A stretch of 46,322 nt of DNA from Octopus bimaculoides (GCF_001194135.2 NC_068981.1:111185617-111231938); one strand, 5' to 3'; numbered from the stretch's first letter, positions 23,380 to 35,468 are shown. A program made the numbers and translations. The notes: generated from the sequence alone by a model not told the origin.

Positions 23380-26300
23380 TTTGTAACAATTTCGTTTATA
23401 TCAGATCAGATAGAGACTTTGGACTTGGTTTTGGTTTCCTTTCTGTTATTTTTTTTTTGTTTTCTTCGTAAATGCATCTTTTTTATTTACGTTCACATTC
23501 CGTATCCCATGTGTGAACAACACATGCAACCATGGGCAATTGTAAGGCCCTCATCTACGTGTATTTGGTGTTCAAAATTAGTCGCGTTTCAGTTATGAGG
23601 ACCGACTCCTGTATTTGCCACAACGATGCGTCACCGGGGTGTCTAGACAGGATTTCTATGCTAATTTGGTCCAATACACCACCATGTTGTTCTTTGGCAT
23701 GCTGGTAGAGCACCGAGGTTTGTTTTTGATTCTTATAGTCCCTCCAATGTTCATTTACACGCTCAGCCAAACTTCTCGCCATTTCACCTATGTATGTCGT
23801 GTTTCTGGCTTTGCAGTTGATACCAGGAGTATATTTGCACACAATGCAATTCTCTACTACACACTTTGTCCTTCTGAAGGGGTATGTTTTACATATTATT
23901 GATCTAATGGATCTCCCTGGTTTTTCTATGACCTTTATCTTCAACTTAGTACTTTTGAGGATTTTTCTAAATCTGCGGGCTAGTTCTCCGTGTGGTGTAG
24001 CATCTATAAACATTACTCCTTGGAACTTGTCGGTATTGTACCACGTGTTCTTTCTGTTTGTTTTGTCACTAATTCTTTGTAGCCGATTCCATTGTTTATT
24101 ACGATCTCTAGGTTGTGTTCCATCTGTATCTTTGACAAAAATCTCCTCAAATTTCTTGCTAGCTCCTCTGTATACTCGGATTCTATCTTTCTGGCTGTAT
24201 CCCGAAAACTGCATGCGATGCATGAAGTCTTGTATATGTTTTTGCCTCTCCCAAGGACTGCACAGGGGGGATATGTTTTTCATTATTCTGATTAAATCGG
24301 CTATTAATATATCAATTTTCACACTGTGTGATAGAGCCGAATTCTTATGGATAACATATTTTGAAGATATAGGTTTCATATAATGTGAGTGGAGGATTTG
24401 AACTTTGTCGTTAATTGTTTCTAGCCAAAGTTTTGTGTCAAGTACCGGGAGTCTCTTGTTTAGGTGTCTTGTTGAGTAATCTATTGTTACCTTGATGCTC
24501 TGGTGTATTGTATTAGCTATATTCTGGATGTTTTCCATCACAATCTTCTTGTTCTCTTCAGTCTGAATGTTTGATGGTGTTTTGACTACGATGTTAATTT
24601 CATCCACATATCTCCTGTACAGTTTGGTTGTTATTGAGTGTTCCTCGAGAGTTTTTTTCAGCTTTTTGTCCCACCAGGTCGTGAATAGGCTTGCCACGTC
24701 TCCGGCCACACTGACACCAATAGCTGCTCCCTAGACCTGCATGTATAGTTTTTCATTGAATTTAACTATATGGTTCTGCAGGGTAGTCTTCAGACTTGCC
24801 CCTACAGCATGTGCAACCATTTTTCGTGTTTGGATAATATCCTCTGGGTCATGGGTGGGTGTATTCCATCCATTCCAACGCTCCGTGGTGGTTTTTCTAG
24901 CAGCTGATGTGATCGTAGGTGGTCTACCCCGTCCTGACCTGGTGGGGCAGAATCTAGTTAGGTCGTGGTGATCTAAGTATTCATTATTATAAATGAGCTT
25001 TAGGAGGAGGCCTAGTTCCCTCGTGTTCACTTCACGGAAGGTTACTTCACTTTCCGAAATAATTTCCATACATCTTTCTATGGCAAAGTCAATGTCAATG
25101 GATGGATAGAGAGATACTACATCCATACTGCCGATAATACCATCTGTCAGGTCATGGGAGCAGTTACATTCATTGACTCTGCTGAGGAGGTCCTCAGTGC
25201 TTTCACAAACATCAGGAGACATCTCGATGTGTGGTCTTAATGTCTGCGAGAGGAAGAATGATCACAAATCGGTCGACACAGGGGGCACATGATAGGGTCT
25301 GCAATGGGTTTATGGTCTTTTTGTAACCCATAGAGTATAGGAATGTCGTTGTTGGATGATGTGAAGTTCTGTGCTGTGCGTCTCTTTGGTTGGAGTATGT
25401 TACACCACATTCCCATGTGTGCATTGAGAATTTTCTCTACTTTTTCATATTCTTGCGGTGTAACTTCTCTCATATCTTCTATATGTTTTTGCATCGTATG
25501 GGTGTAGTTTTGCAGGCTGTCTACCGATATCCTGCCTGATTTGTCTGTAGGGAGGCATACTATCTCATTGTTTCTAACTCTAAGTTTTAGTTTTCGTATG
25601 CCCATTGCAGCTACTGTACCGAGTTGGTGGGCCTCTACTTCGTTTTGTGTTGGGGCAGTTGTTCTNNNNNNNNNNNNNNNNNNNNNNNNNNNNNNNNNNN
25701 NNNNNNNNNNNNNNNNNNNNNNNNNNNNNNNNNNNNNNNNNNNNNNNNNNNNNNNNNNNNNNNNNNNNNNNNNNNNNNNNNNNNNNNNNNNNNNNNNNNN
25801 NNNNNNNNNNNNNNNNNNNNNNNNNNNNNNNNNNNNNNNNNNNNNNNNNNNNNNNNNNNNNNNNNNNNNNNNNNNNNNNNNNNNNNNNNNNNNNNNNNNN
25901 NNNNNNNNNNNNNNNNNNNNNNNNNNNNNNNNNNNNNNNNNNNNNCTAAGGTGTTGTTGTTGCCATTGTTGTTATCATTGTATGTGTGGCTGTTGTTATT
26001 GTGACGGACGTTGTTGTTCCTGGTGTGTACAGTGCTGTTCGTATTGTTGTTGGTATTGCTGTTATCATTGCTGTTGCTGATGGTGGTAGTGTAATCATTA
26101 TTGTTGTTGTTGGTGGTGATGGCAGTGTAGTTGTTGTTGCCATTTCCATTGTTACTGTTGGTTGCATTGTGAATATTATGCGTATTACTGTCTTGGTGGT
26201 TTCTTACAACTGAGTTGTTGTTGTAGTGGTGTCCTAACCTCCATCTAATCTTAGTAAATGTTTTTTCAATCTCAGACAGACAATTGATCTTTCTGACCTT

Positions 26301-26520
26301 GTTATACACGGCATATTTCGGTGGTAATCCTAGGGCACATGCTTCATTTTCATCCAGTAGTACTGAGCCATACATTCCAGGTGTGTGATTATTTTCGTTT
26401 GTGATGGCATTGTATATCCCCGGTAGTTCGCTGTCCAACATCACAATCCCATCGATGTTATTTGGGTATTTGTCTTTGTTTCATGTGTGTTGTGGTTGTT
26501 GTTGTCTCATCTATTTCAAT
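23380..26520 (-). mobile_element. Long-ORF Penelope-like element, lightly disrupted, spanning an N gap
   Basis: LGLPPKYAVY, IVCLPTDKSGR, LYGLQKDHK, IGSMDVVSLYPSID, LYMQV*GAAIG, LYRRYVDE, LPVLDTKLW, YIGEMARSLAERVNEH. One TAG at about 24730, a frameshift near 25230 and a probable deletion in the GIY-YIG. The 3' boundary is approximate. Confidence 0.9.
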
Positions 26521-26565
26521 ACCAACCCTAATATCAAATCCTAAACCCAACCCCCAACACCAGCC

Positions 26566-26910
26566 TTAATTTTTGTGTGGAATCATGATGTATGTTTGAA
26601 ACATACTTCTAAAAAAAATCTGAAACATTAAAATAGTTACCATACATAACTTTAAAATTGTGCAGGACAAAAAAGTGTACAATTCACTAACAGCAGCTAA
26701 TTCAACATTACCAATGTGTGTTCCATGCCTACTCCTGTATGCTTGGTATTCCTGCATTGTACTATTAGGAATAAAAGAATGAAAATACTTCCAATCATTG
26801 CATATGTGTCGTATGGACTCTTCCTGGAGAGTTAGGTAATTTCTGTTGTTTTTGAGCAAGAGTAACACAGCTCTGAACATACAGCTACCATCACCCATGA
26901 CTTTATTAAA
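26566..26910 (-). pseudogene. OTU-family cysteine protease (deubiquitinase) domain, disrupted; probably transposon-borne
   Basis: MGDGSCMFRAV (GDGxCxFRA catalytic Cys motif), IRHICNDW, GTHIGNVELAAVSELY. A shifted frame gives ...YVSNIHHDS, a candidate catalytic His, after a stop codon. Confidence 0.72.
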
Positions 26911-27524
26911 GGAGTGAATTAATGAATTAATGTAATTGTTGAATGTTTTTCAATAAATTCAGTAAGAGACTTCATCTTCAGTTTAAACTTTAGATGGTTT
27001 TGTGAACAGAATGTGATGTAAAATCAGAACACCAAAAGGGATGAGATACTAACTGATAGGAATTTCTCCATTAGAAATCTGTCTTTCTATCTTTGCAATA
27101 GATAAATGAGTGATTATAATTTTGTAAATTATAAAAACAAAATTAATAATGTACTTCACCTTTAATGTGGACTTGAAACATCATCTTCATGAAAAGAAAA
27201 GTGAATTGACTCTAAGTATTTAGCAGACGATAATGTCTTTATCGGCTGTTCATAAACAGAGAAAGGGAATACTTTGGTTATTTCCAGATAATTTCAGTTT
27301 AAATGTTGTCAAATACCTGTCTATAGATTTGTGAGTTTGTGTATGTGTGTGTGTGTTACAGAGAGAGAGACAGACAGACAGAGACACAGACAGACAAACA
27401 AACAGAGTGAGAGACAGAGACGCGAGAGAGAGAGAAAGAGGTTGAAAGCATACGTGTGTGTGTGTGTCGCTGATTGACAATTGTATTAATGTTACTATTC
27501 CACTGCCACTATAAAGTTTTAGTA

Positions 27525-27850
27525 AGTAGGAAGGCGAACACATCACACACCCCCTCAGGTAGGTGGCCCTGCTTGATCTGTAGAAAAGGTGTAGGTAGAA
27601 ACTCCATAAGATGTACCCAGTGTAAGCTATGGACACATAAGAGCTGCAGCAACATCAAAGAAAGATTAACCAAGAAGATAGCTTTCATGTGTGGTAGATG
27701 CACAGGAGCAATAAACACCACAGATGCTCAGAAAACAGATTCCATCACACTCCAGGGGGAGAAACTAGAAGTAGTTGATAGCTTCTGCTACTTAGGTGAC
27801 CAAGTTAGTTGTGGGGGTGGATGCTCAGAGAGTGTTACCACTAGAATAAG
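27525..27850 (+). mobile_element. RTE-type LINE RT fragment with PHD-like Cys finger
   Basis: WPCLICRKGVGRNSIRCTQCKLWTHKSCS...FMCGRC followed by LEVVDSFCYLGDQVSCGGGCSESVTTRI. Confidence 0.8.
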
Positions 27851-27970
27851 TGCCACTGAGTTGATAATGATGTATTTACACTTTTTACCATAAGTGAGAA
27901 ATTTTTTCTCCATGTTAAACCGTAGTGACATTGCTTTTAGTTTGTTTCATATATACATATATATATATAT

Positions 27971-28520
27971 CATCATCATCATCATCATTGTTTAACGTCT
28001 GCTTTCCATGCTAGCATGGGTTGGACGATTTGACTGAGGACTGGTGAAACCGGATGGCAACACCAGCCTCCAATCTGATTTGGCAGAGTTTCTACAGCTG
28101 GATGCCCTTCCTAACGCCAACCACTCAGAGAGTGTAGTGGGTGCTTTTATGTGTCACCCGCACGAAGGCCAGTCAGGTGGTTCTGGCAACGGCCATACTC
28201 AAAATGATGTATTTTATGTGCCACCCGCACAGGAGCCAGTCCAGGGGCACTGGCAACGATCTCGCTCGAAAATCCTACGAAGGCCAGTCAGGCGGTACTG
28301 GCAACAGCCACGCTCAAAATGGTGTATTTTATGTGCCACCCGCACAAGAGCCAGTCCAGGGGCACTGGCAACGATCTCGCTTGAAAATCCTACGAAGGCC
28401 AGTCAGGCGGTACTGGCAACGGCCACGCTCAAAATGGTGTATTTTATGTGCCACCCGCACAAGAGCCAATCCAGGGACACTGGCAACGATCTCGCTCGAA
28501 AATCCTTACACATGTTACGG
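27971..28520 (-). repeat. (GAT)n-tailed retroposon 3' UTR copy containing a 3 x 115-bp tandem array
   Basis: (CAT)n TGTTTAACGTC start. Units begin GAAGGCCAGTCAGG at 28164, 28279 and 28394. Confidence 0.8.
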
Positions 28521-28599
28521 GCACAAGTGCCAGGAAGGCGATGTTGGGCACAGATGCTATCCCGATTTATACATAAAATGAGGAAGTTTTGGTGAAGCA

Positions 28600-29340
28600 T
28601 TCTGTGATATGTTGTGTAAGGCAGGAACAATGCAAGAAGGTATGAAGTAAACTACAAAAGGAAAAGAAAACAAAATCAAGTTGAAGATTTGCCTTGTATT
28701 TTCTGTATTTGGGAGTAAGGACTCCTTCAGGATATTTGGAAAAGTGGTAGTTGATAAAAGTCATTGCTCAGATTGGGTAGGGTTGGGAGAAAGGGGCGGG
28801 GAGGTGTCATGTAGTTCCTTCTTGTTGTTAATGGCTGGTCTCAGTTTGCTGATAAGGAGGGCTTCCATGATTCTGAGATTGCCTGGATGGAAACTTTAAA
28901 ATCTGAGTTTGGCACTTCTTTTGGCATTTCTTTATTGACGTGTCCATGTGCATGTATTCTTTTATATGGTTGTGCAATTTCCTGGTGGTGCTCCCTGTGT
29001 AGGATGCCTCACATTTGCAACAGACTATTTCATATACTATATAGACTCTCAAGCATGTTTTATGGGGCAATTGGTTAGTGTGCACCCCACAATACTATCT
29101 GTAGTATTTTTATTCAACAGAACTTACCTCAGGGATGGCCTGGTGTTCACCATCTGTATGTTGAGTCCCTCCCAGTGAATCGCATGTTGAATTGCTGCAG
29201 TTGTTCTGTCATCAAAGTTGGGCAATTTGAGGAAGCACTTTTCTCAGTTGGGGTTATAGCGCTGCTTATGTGGTTTACCCACTTTCGTGTTTTGTGGATG
29301 CAGTCATTTAGATACAGATGGTTTGATTCCCTGAGTGGTT
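28600..29340 (-). mobile_element. PLE family A, 5'-truncated
   Basis: CLRVYIVYEIVCCKCEASYTGSTTRKLHNHIKEYM; homologous to 3995-4790. Confidence 0.82.
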
Positions 29341-29739
29341 GGTGCAGTGTGTTCTTGAGCAAAACACTTCATTTCACATTGCTCCAGTCCCTACTTTCAA
29401 TCAGGTGGGAGGATGTTGGCCTGCTCACCTAGCCAGCATGGTGGCATCATTTGAAGGCTAAAATAATGCAAGTGTGCATTGTGACCAGCAATGTGCAATA
29501 AGATCTGGTAGCCTGGTCGATCACGTGACATATGCAATTACATTGTGGAAAAGCTATATAATGACACAAAGCTGCACTTCAAATTTATTTCATAAGGTGT
29601 CAAGTTTTCATCACACACTGTGACCTAATTACTGACACAGTTCCAGCTGGTGTGGAATACATATATAAACATACTGACACATGAATATGTTGTCTCAAAA
29701 GTAATGGAAATAGGTCATTCAAATTGTACAAGCTGGTGG

Positions 29740-30130
29740 AGTAAGTTTACTTCCAAAAGTGTTACATGACAGTCTCCATCATAAGTGATGCACTTGTGCC
29801 ATTGTCTAACCCATCTTGTGAGTGCTCTTTGGAAAAAATTCAGGTGTGCATTGTTTACTAACTTCTTCACAGCCACTTTCAACTCCTCTACATTGGTGGA
29901 AATCAGAGGTCATCAGATCCATGCTGTAGGGTGGATGGGTCCCACTGGTTGGCTCAATTTGTTGATTGCTTGATCAGCTCTCACAACTTTGTCTTATGTC
30001 TTCCTGGATCTTCCTGTGCCACAAGTTCCAGCTACATTTAGCAATTGTCACTTCTTTATACAGCTGTCTTCATCCATACACATCATAAGCACATACCAGT
30101 GCAATCTTCTTTCTTGCACACTGCATCTGA
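29740..30130 (-). mobile_element. Old mariner transposase C-terminal remnant
   Basis: Minus strand HPPYSMDLMTSDFH, resembling the mariner HPPYSPDLAPSDFH motif. Boundaries approximate. Confidence 0.6.
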
Positions 30131-30519
30131 TTACCCTTATGTGTGTGTATGTATACATATAATCCAAATAATAAGAGAAAGAAATTCTTTAGCACATCTT
30201 TAATGATTTGTTACAATTATTTCTTTCCAGCTCTGCTTGCAATGCCATTTTATGTAATATTCAAAGTGAAAATTTCCATAGTATTTGTGGTTTTCGAAAT
30301 TAGAGTGTCACCTCAGACTTGGATCAAAGTTGTGCTCTTACATTGTGCGTCTTCCAGACATTGGTTTTACTCTTGTATCAGGAGGAAACAAAAAGCAAAT
30401 AAAAGTATGGTTAGGGTATGAATAATTAGTAGAGATCACATGGGAAGGATGAAGAGGAAGAAGAAGACAAAGAAGTATATGTGTGTGTGTGTGTTTGTAT
30501 ATATACATATGTGCGTGTT

Positions 30520-31392
30520 TGTATGGGTCCACCAAGGTTCAGTCCTCAGCCCCATCCTATTTATCATAGTCCTCCAAGCAATAACACAGGAATTCAAGAA
30601 GGGATGCCCCACGACCTTTGAACTTTAGGCCTCACTGAGGCAATGACTAGTGACCGGGACCTTTGGAAATATGCAGTACGTGAAAAGACCCAGCAAGCCA
30701 AGTGAGAGCATAAGCTGTGACCTGCCAGAAGTGTGGCCAGCTCACTTACTCATATCTTTACTTCTTTGGACTCTAAACTCTGCTTGCGAAGACCTGTTGA
30801 GGCAAGTGAATTTGAAAACTGAAATCGAAATCGAACCGAATCCAACGACTAGCACCCATGCCAACCTCTCCTTCATTGTACACTAAACTCTGCTTGCGAA
30901 GACCTGTTGGGACAAGTGAAATCGAAATTGAACCATATTCAATGACTGGCATATGTGCCAGTGGAGCACTAACAGTACTGTCTGAGCGTGTTCATTGCCA
31001 GAACAGTTGTCTGGCCCATAAATAGCACCATTTGAGCGTAATCGGTACCAGCGTCGCCTTCTAGCACTTATGCTGGTGGCATGTGAGAAAATCATTCGAG
31101 CAAGGTCATTGCCAGTGTCGCTGGACTGGTTCCCGTGCAGGTGGCACGTTAAAAAACACCATTTGAGTGAGGCCATTGCCAGTACCATGTGACTGGCCCT
31201 CGTACCGGTGGCACGTAAAAGCACCCAGTACACTCTCGGAGTGGTTGGCATTAGGGAGGGTATCCAGCTGTAGAAACTTTTCCAGATCAGATTGGAGCCT
31301 GGTGCAGCTTTCTGGCTTGCCAGTCCTCAGTCAAATCGTCCAACCCATGCTAGCATGGAAACCGGATGTTAAACGATGATGATGATGATGAT
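30520..31392 (+). mobile_element. Internally deleted RTE LINE: RT fragment + ORF end + long 3' UTR + (GAT)n
   Basis: VHQGSVLSPILFIIVLQAITQEFKKGCP joined to TLGLTEAMTSDRDLWKYAVREKT, then a repeat-rich UTR ending GATGTTAAAC(GAT)n. Confidence 0.8.
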
Positions 31393-31529
31393 ATATACTC
31401 AAATTGACTATATATTTATGTATACGTGTGTGTGTGTGTATATTTATATATATGTATATAAATATATGTGTGTGTATTGATATATATATATATAGGATGG
31501 TTCACAGGAGCTGGCCAGGTCCAAAACCT

Positions 31530-31720
31530 ACCTTATGCTGCTGTGTCTGTTTTGGCAGAGTTTTTTTTATGGTTGGATGCCCTTCCTAACACCAACCACT
31601 CTGTAGAGTAGACTCAGTGCTTTTTTATGTGGCACTAGCACAGGCGAGGTTAGTTTTGGCATGATTTTTACAGCTGGATGCTTTTTACGTGGCACCAGCA
31701 CTGGCAGGTCACTAAGTGGC
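31530..31720 (-). repeat. Partial copy of the same retroposon 3' UTR
   Basis: GGATGCCCTTCCTAACACCAACCACTCTG...GTGCTTTTT matches 28090-28150. Confidence 0.6.
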
Positions 31721-31758
31721 TCGCATGACAAGGAATTATGAGAGGGGCGTACACACAC

Positions 31759-31841
<83 letters not shown>

Positions 31842-31879
31842 AAATGTGTGTATAATATAAATAAAAGATATATACATAT

Positions 31880-34800
31880 TTACAGATATTTTGTTGGATG
31901 GCCATTGACTGCTCATGAATTCCTCAGCCCTCCTCACCAAGCAAGCCTGGTGGGGTTGCCAGTTTAGTCGCTGATGATCTGACCATGCGACAGGTTGTAC
32001 TGAATTACATGTTACCAGTAGCACTCGATTGCAACCTGATATAAATATAAACATCCTTTGAATTTTGGCTGTTGGAATGTGGGCACATTTTTTTATGATA
32101 ATTTCAACAAGAGGCCAGAAAGGCATACTGCACTTATTGCATGTGAGTTTAAGAAATATTCCCTTGATATAGTTGCACTCCCTGAAACTCATCTCTCTGG
32201 TGAGGGTCAAGTAAATGAACCTACTTATGGATATACTATCTTTTGGAGAGGCCTACCTAAGGGTCAGCGTAGAGAATCTGGTGTTGGGTTTGCTCTCAAG
32301 TATTCATTAGTATCCTCCATTGCAGAGCTTCCAAGTGGTATATCTGAACGAACCATGTCATGCTGTATTAAACAGACAAAAGTAGGTTCCTTACTGTTGT
32401 CAGTATTTATGCACCAACAATGTCCCATTCTGATGAAACTGTAGGACAGTTTTATGATGATCTAGCACAATTATTGAGGAAAATACCAGTTTCTGACAAG
32501 TTGATCATACTGGAAGATTTTAAGGCTTGAGTTAGAAAGGACTGTGTTTCATGGCCTGTTTTAGGTCGACATAGGGTTGGAAAATGTAATAAAAATAGAG
32601 TAGCTCTTTTGACATTTTGTACTGAGAATAATCTGGTTGTTATCAACACTCTGTTTAAACAGAAAAATAAATATAAAACCACCTGGATGCACCCAAGATC
32701 TAAGCACTGACATCTCATAGATTATATTTTGATCATAAAACGTGATATGAAAGACATTTCTAGTATTCAGGAGAGGAGCAGAGAGCTGGAATGACCATTG
32801 TCTAGTGCATGGAAAAATAAATTTTTCATTAATGCCTAAAAATCGATCGTCTGGTCCTAACATACTCAAAAAGTTAAATGCTGCAAACTTTAAATTATCA
32901 AGCAACTTGCAAAGATTCCACGATGCTATAAAAAGTATCAATCTTAACCCAAGCAATCTATGGGAAGATTTCAAAACAAAAGTATTTCAGACTGCAAGTT
33001 CATCAGTGGGATTTAAATCACGTAAGTCCAGTGACTGGTACTCAGATAGATCAGTAGAAATTCATGATCTACTTTTAGAAAAACAAAATTTAGGCAATAC
33101 ACTTCTTTCTCAGTCCTTGAACCCCAACTCAAACAAAGCTTACAGAAAGCTGAAAGGGAAAGTTCAGACTGCTCTAAGAAAGATTAAACAGGAAAGGGGG
33201 AATGATAGATCAAAAGGGGCACAAGAAGCAGCTGATAGAAATGATGCCAAGAGTTTGTACACTTGAGGCGTATGGCCCAAAATTTTCTTCAATAGCTCCA
33301 GTGAGAACAGCAGATGGATGTTTGCTTCTATTCATAAGCGTTGAATAGACCATCATCTGCTGATATGAGGATGATAAAAAAAATTCGAACACCTTTATTT
33401 AGCTGTGAATAAGCATAATAATAATAAGTCTCCAGGGTCTGACGGAATCTGTGCAGAAGTCTTGAAATATGGGGGTGACAAAATGTTCGAATTCTTAAAT
33501 ATATTAATTTGTCACTGTTGGAGAACTGAGAAAGTGCCTCAAGACTGGACTGATGCCATTTTAGTCTCCTTGTATAAATCAGGGCCAAATGATCTGTGTG
33601 GTAATTTTTGTGAGACTTTGCTTTTGTCTGTGGTTGGAAAGGTACTTGCTCGCAATCTGTTAGAACGTTTAAATACCTTCATAGTTCCAAATATAGTGTC
33701 TGAGTCTCAGTGTGACTTTCGTTCCTTCAGGGGCAGAGCTAATTTTATCTTAACTATCAGACAATTAGAAGAAAAGTGCATTGAACAGAATCTTGCCCTA
33801 TACCATTATTTTGTTGATTTGAGAAAAGCATTCGATACTGTTAATCGAAATGCTCTGTGACTAATTTTAAGGAAAATATGTTGCCCAGAAAAATTTGCTA
33901 ACATGATCAGGGCTTTGCATCAAGATATGAAAGCGAGAGTTAATTTTGGTGGTAGGCTCTCTGAATCTTTTGCCGTGGAAAATGGAGTAAAGGAAGGAGA
34001 CTTTGATGCACCCATCCTCTTTGCAATATACTTTGCTGTTGTGTTGTCACATGCTTTTCAAAACTCTGAGGAAGGTATTTACATAAAATATTGAACAACA
34101 GGGAATATTTTTAATCTGACCAGACTGAAATTCAAAACGAAGGTTTTTACTTCACTCTTTAGGGAACTTTTATATGATGATTATTACGATCTTGTCAGTG
34201 ATTCTGAAATAGGTCTGCAATCTCTTGTATCTGTATTTGACTCAACTTGTGATGATTTTGGCTTGACCATCAACTTGAAAAAAACAGTTGTAATGCATCA
34301 ACCTGCGTGTGGTGCTGTTTGTAACCCCCTAAAATTTTTGTTAAGGGTAAGTTACTTGAAATTGTTGATTTGTTCATCTACCTTTGAAGCTCTGTACAAA
34401 ATGATGGACACCTTGATACAGAAATACATCTGCGAATTGAAAGAGCAGCAAAAGCATTTGGTGGCTTGGAGTCATGTGTTTGGCGCCGGCAACATATAAA
34501 TAACAATTCAAAGTTGGCTCTTTACAAATAATTTGTCTTAGCATCCCTGTTTTATTCTTGTGAAGCATGGACATGTTATGAAAGACATTTTAAATTGTTA
34601 GAAAAATTTCACCAAAAATGCCTTCATCGCATTTTAAACATTAAATGGAGTTCTTTTACTCCAAACATATATGTCCTTGTGTTTGCAATTAAAGCTCTGA
34701 TTTTGAGAAACCAAATGAGATGGTATGGCCATATTGTTCAAATGGCAGATGAACGCATGCCCAAATAGCTGTTTTATGGTGAGCTTGCAGAGGGGAAACA

Positions 34801-35360
34801 CTATTGGCATAAATCTAAAAAAAGTTTAAGGACAGCATAAGGACTACTATGAAGTCACTTGGAATGGATCCAAAGGACAGAGAAACCCTTGCTTCGGATC
34901 AAGCTGGATGGTGAAGAAAAGTGTGGAGTGTAGTGAAAGCATTTGAAGAGGCCAGGATAACGCATGCAAGACTCAAAAGAGATTTAAGGAAGAATGTTAT
35001 GATCGAGAAGGTGAATCATAATGACCGTTTTGTGTGCACAGTTTGTGACAGACCATGCCTTTCTTTTGCTGGGCTCAAATCTCATTTGCAAACCCATGGA
35101 AAACGAACCTCTACCAACTATTCTGCCTATATGTCTGTGCGCACCAGTGAATGCACTGTATGCCAGAAGGTTTGCAAATCTAACAGAGGCCTCAAAAGAC
35201 ATTTTAAGATCCACAAAGATCAGAACTTATCTGCAGCTCTTGGTGGTCCAAATTGGATATGCAATCTATGCGGGTGTCTTTTCAGAACATTGCCATATCA
35301 GATTCCATGATGGTGTAGGTACAGGAGGTGGTCAAACTCTGCATAAGGAGTAGACAACCA
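31880..35360 (+). mobile_element. Near full-length RTE-clade LINE (APE + RT + C-terminal C2H2 fingers), pseudogenised
   Basis: NFGCWNV, RPERHTALIA, DIVALPETHL, RESGVGF, WMHPRSKHWHLIDYI, KSPGSDGICAEVLK, FVDLRKAFDTVNR, GVKEG..APILF, GLTINLKKT, QMRWYGHIVQM. 5' boundary approximate. Confidence 0.93.
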
Positions 35361-35418
35361 CCATATATGAGTGTGTGTGTGTGTATACATATGTATATAT
35401 GTAATATATATATGCCTA

Positions 35419-35468
<50 letters not shown>

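Noticed and set aside
23380-23415. CTGATCTGA...GAAA in the 3' region of the long PLE
   Set aside because: The core is not CUGANGA and there is no stem II.
12227-26520. Selenocysteine (UGA-recoded) PLE proteins
   Set aside because: The stops I checked at conserved positions are TAG or frameshifts, not TGA at Cys positions, and no SECIS was recognised.
28164-28508. CRISPR-like array
   Set aside because: Contiguous tandem units with no unique spacers, in a eukaryotic context with no cas genes.
30219-30310. Possible upstream MEGF8 exon after TTTCTTTCCAG (SACNAILCN...)
   Set aside because: Stops in the relevant frames, no donor site and no match to the expected laminin-EGF Cys spacing.
31890-32030. 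HDV-like ribozyme in the RTE 5' UTR
   Set aside because: A hairpin (CAGCCC..CACCA/TGGTG..GGGTTG) is present, but I could not build the P1-P4 double pseudoknot by eye. An RNArobo or Infernal search would be needed.
32419-32440. CTGATGAAAC as a hammerhead core
   Set aside because: Lies in RTE endonuclease coding sequence, with no stems.
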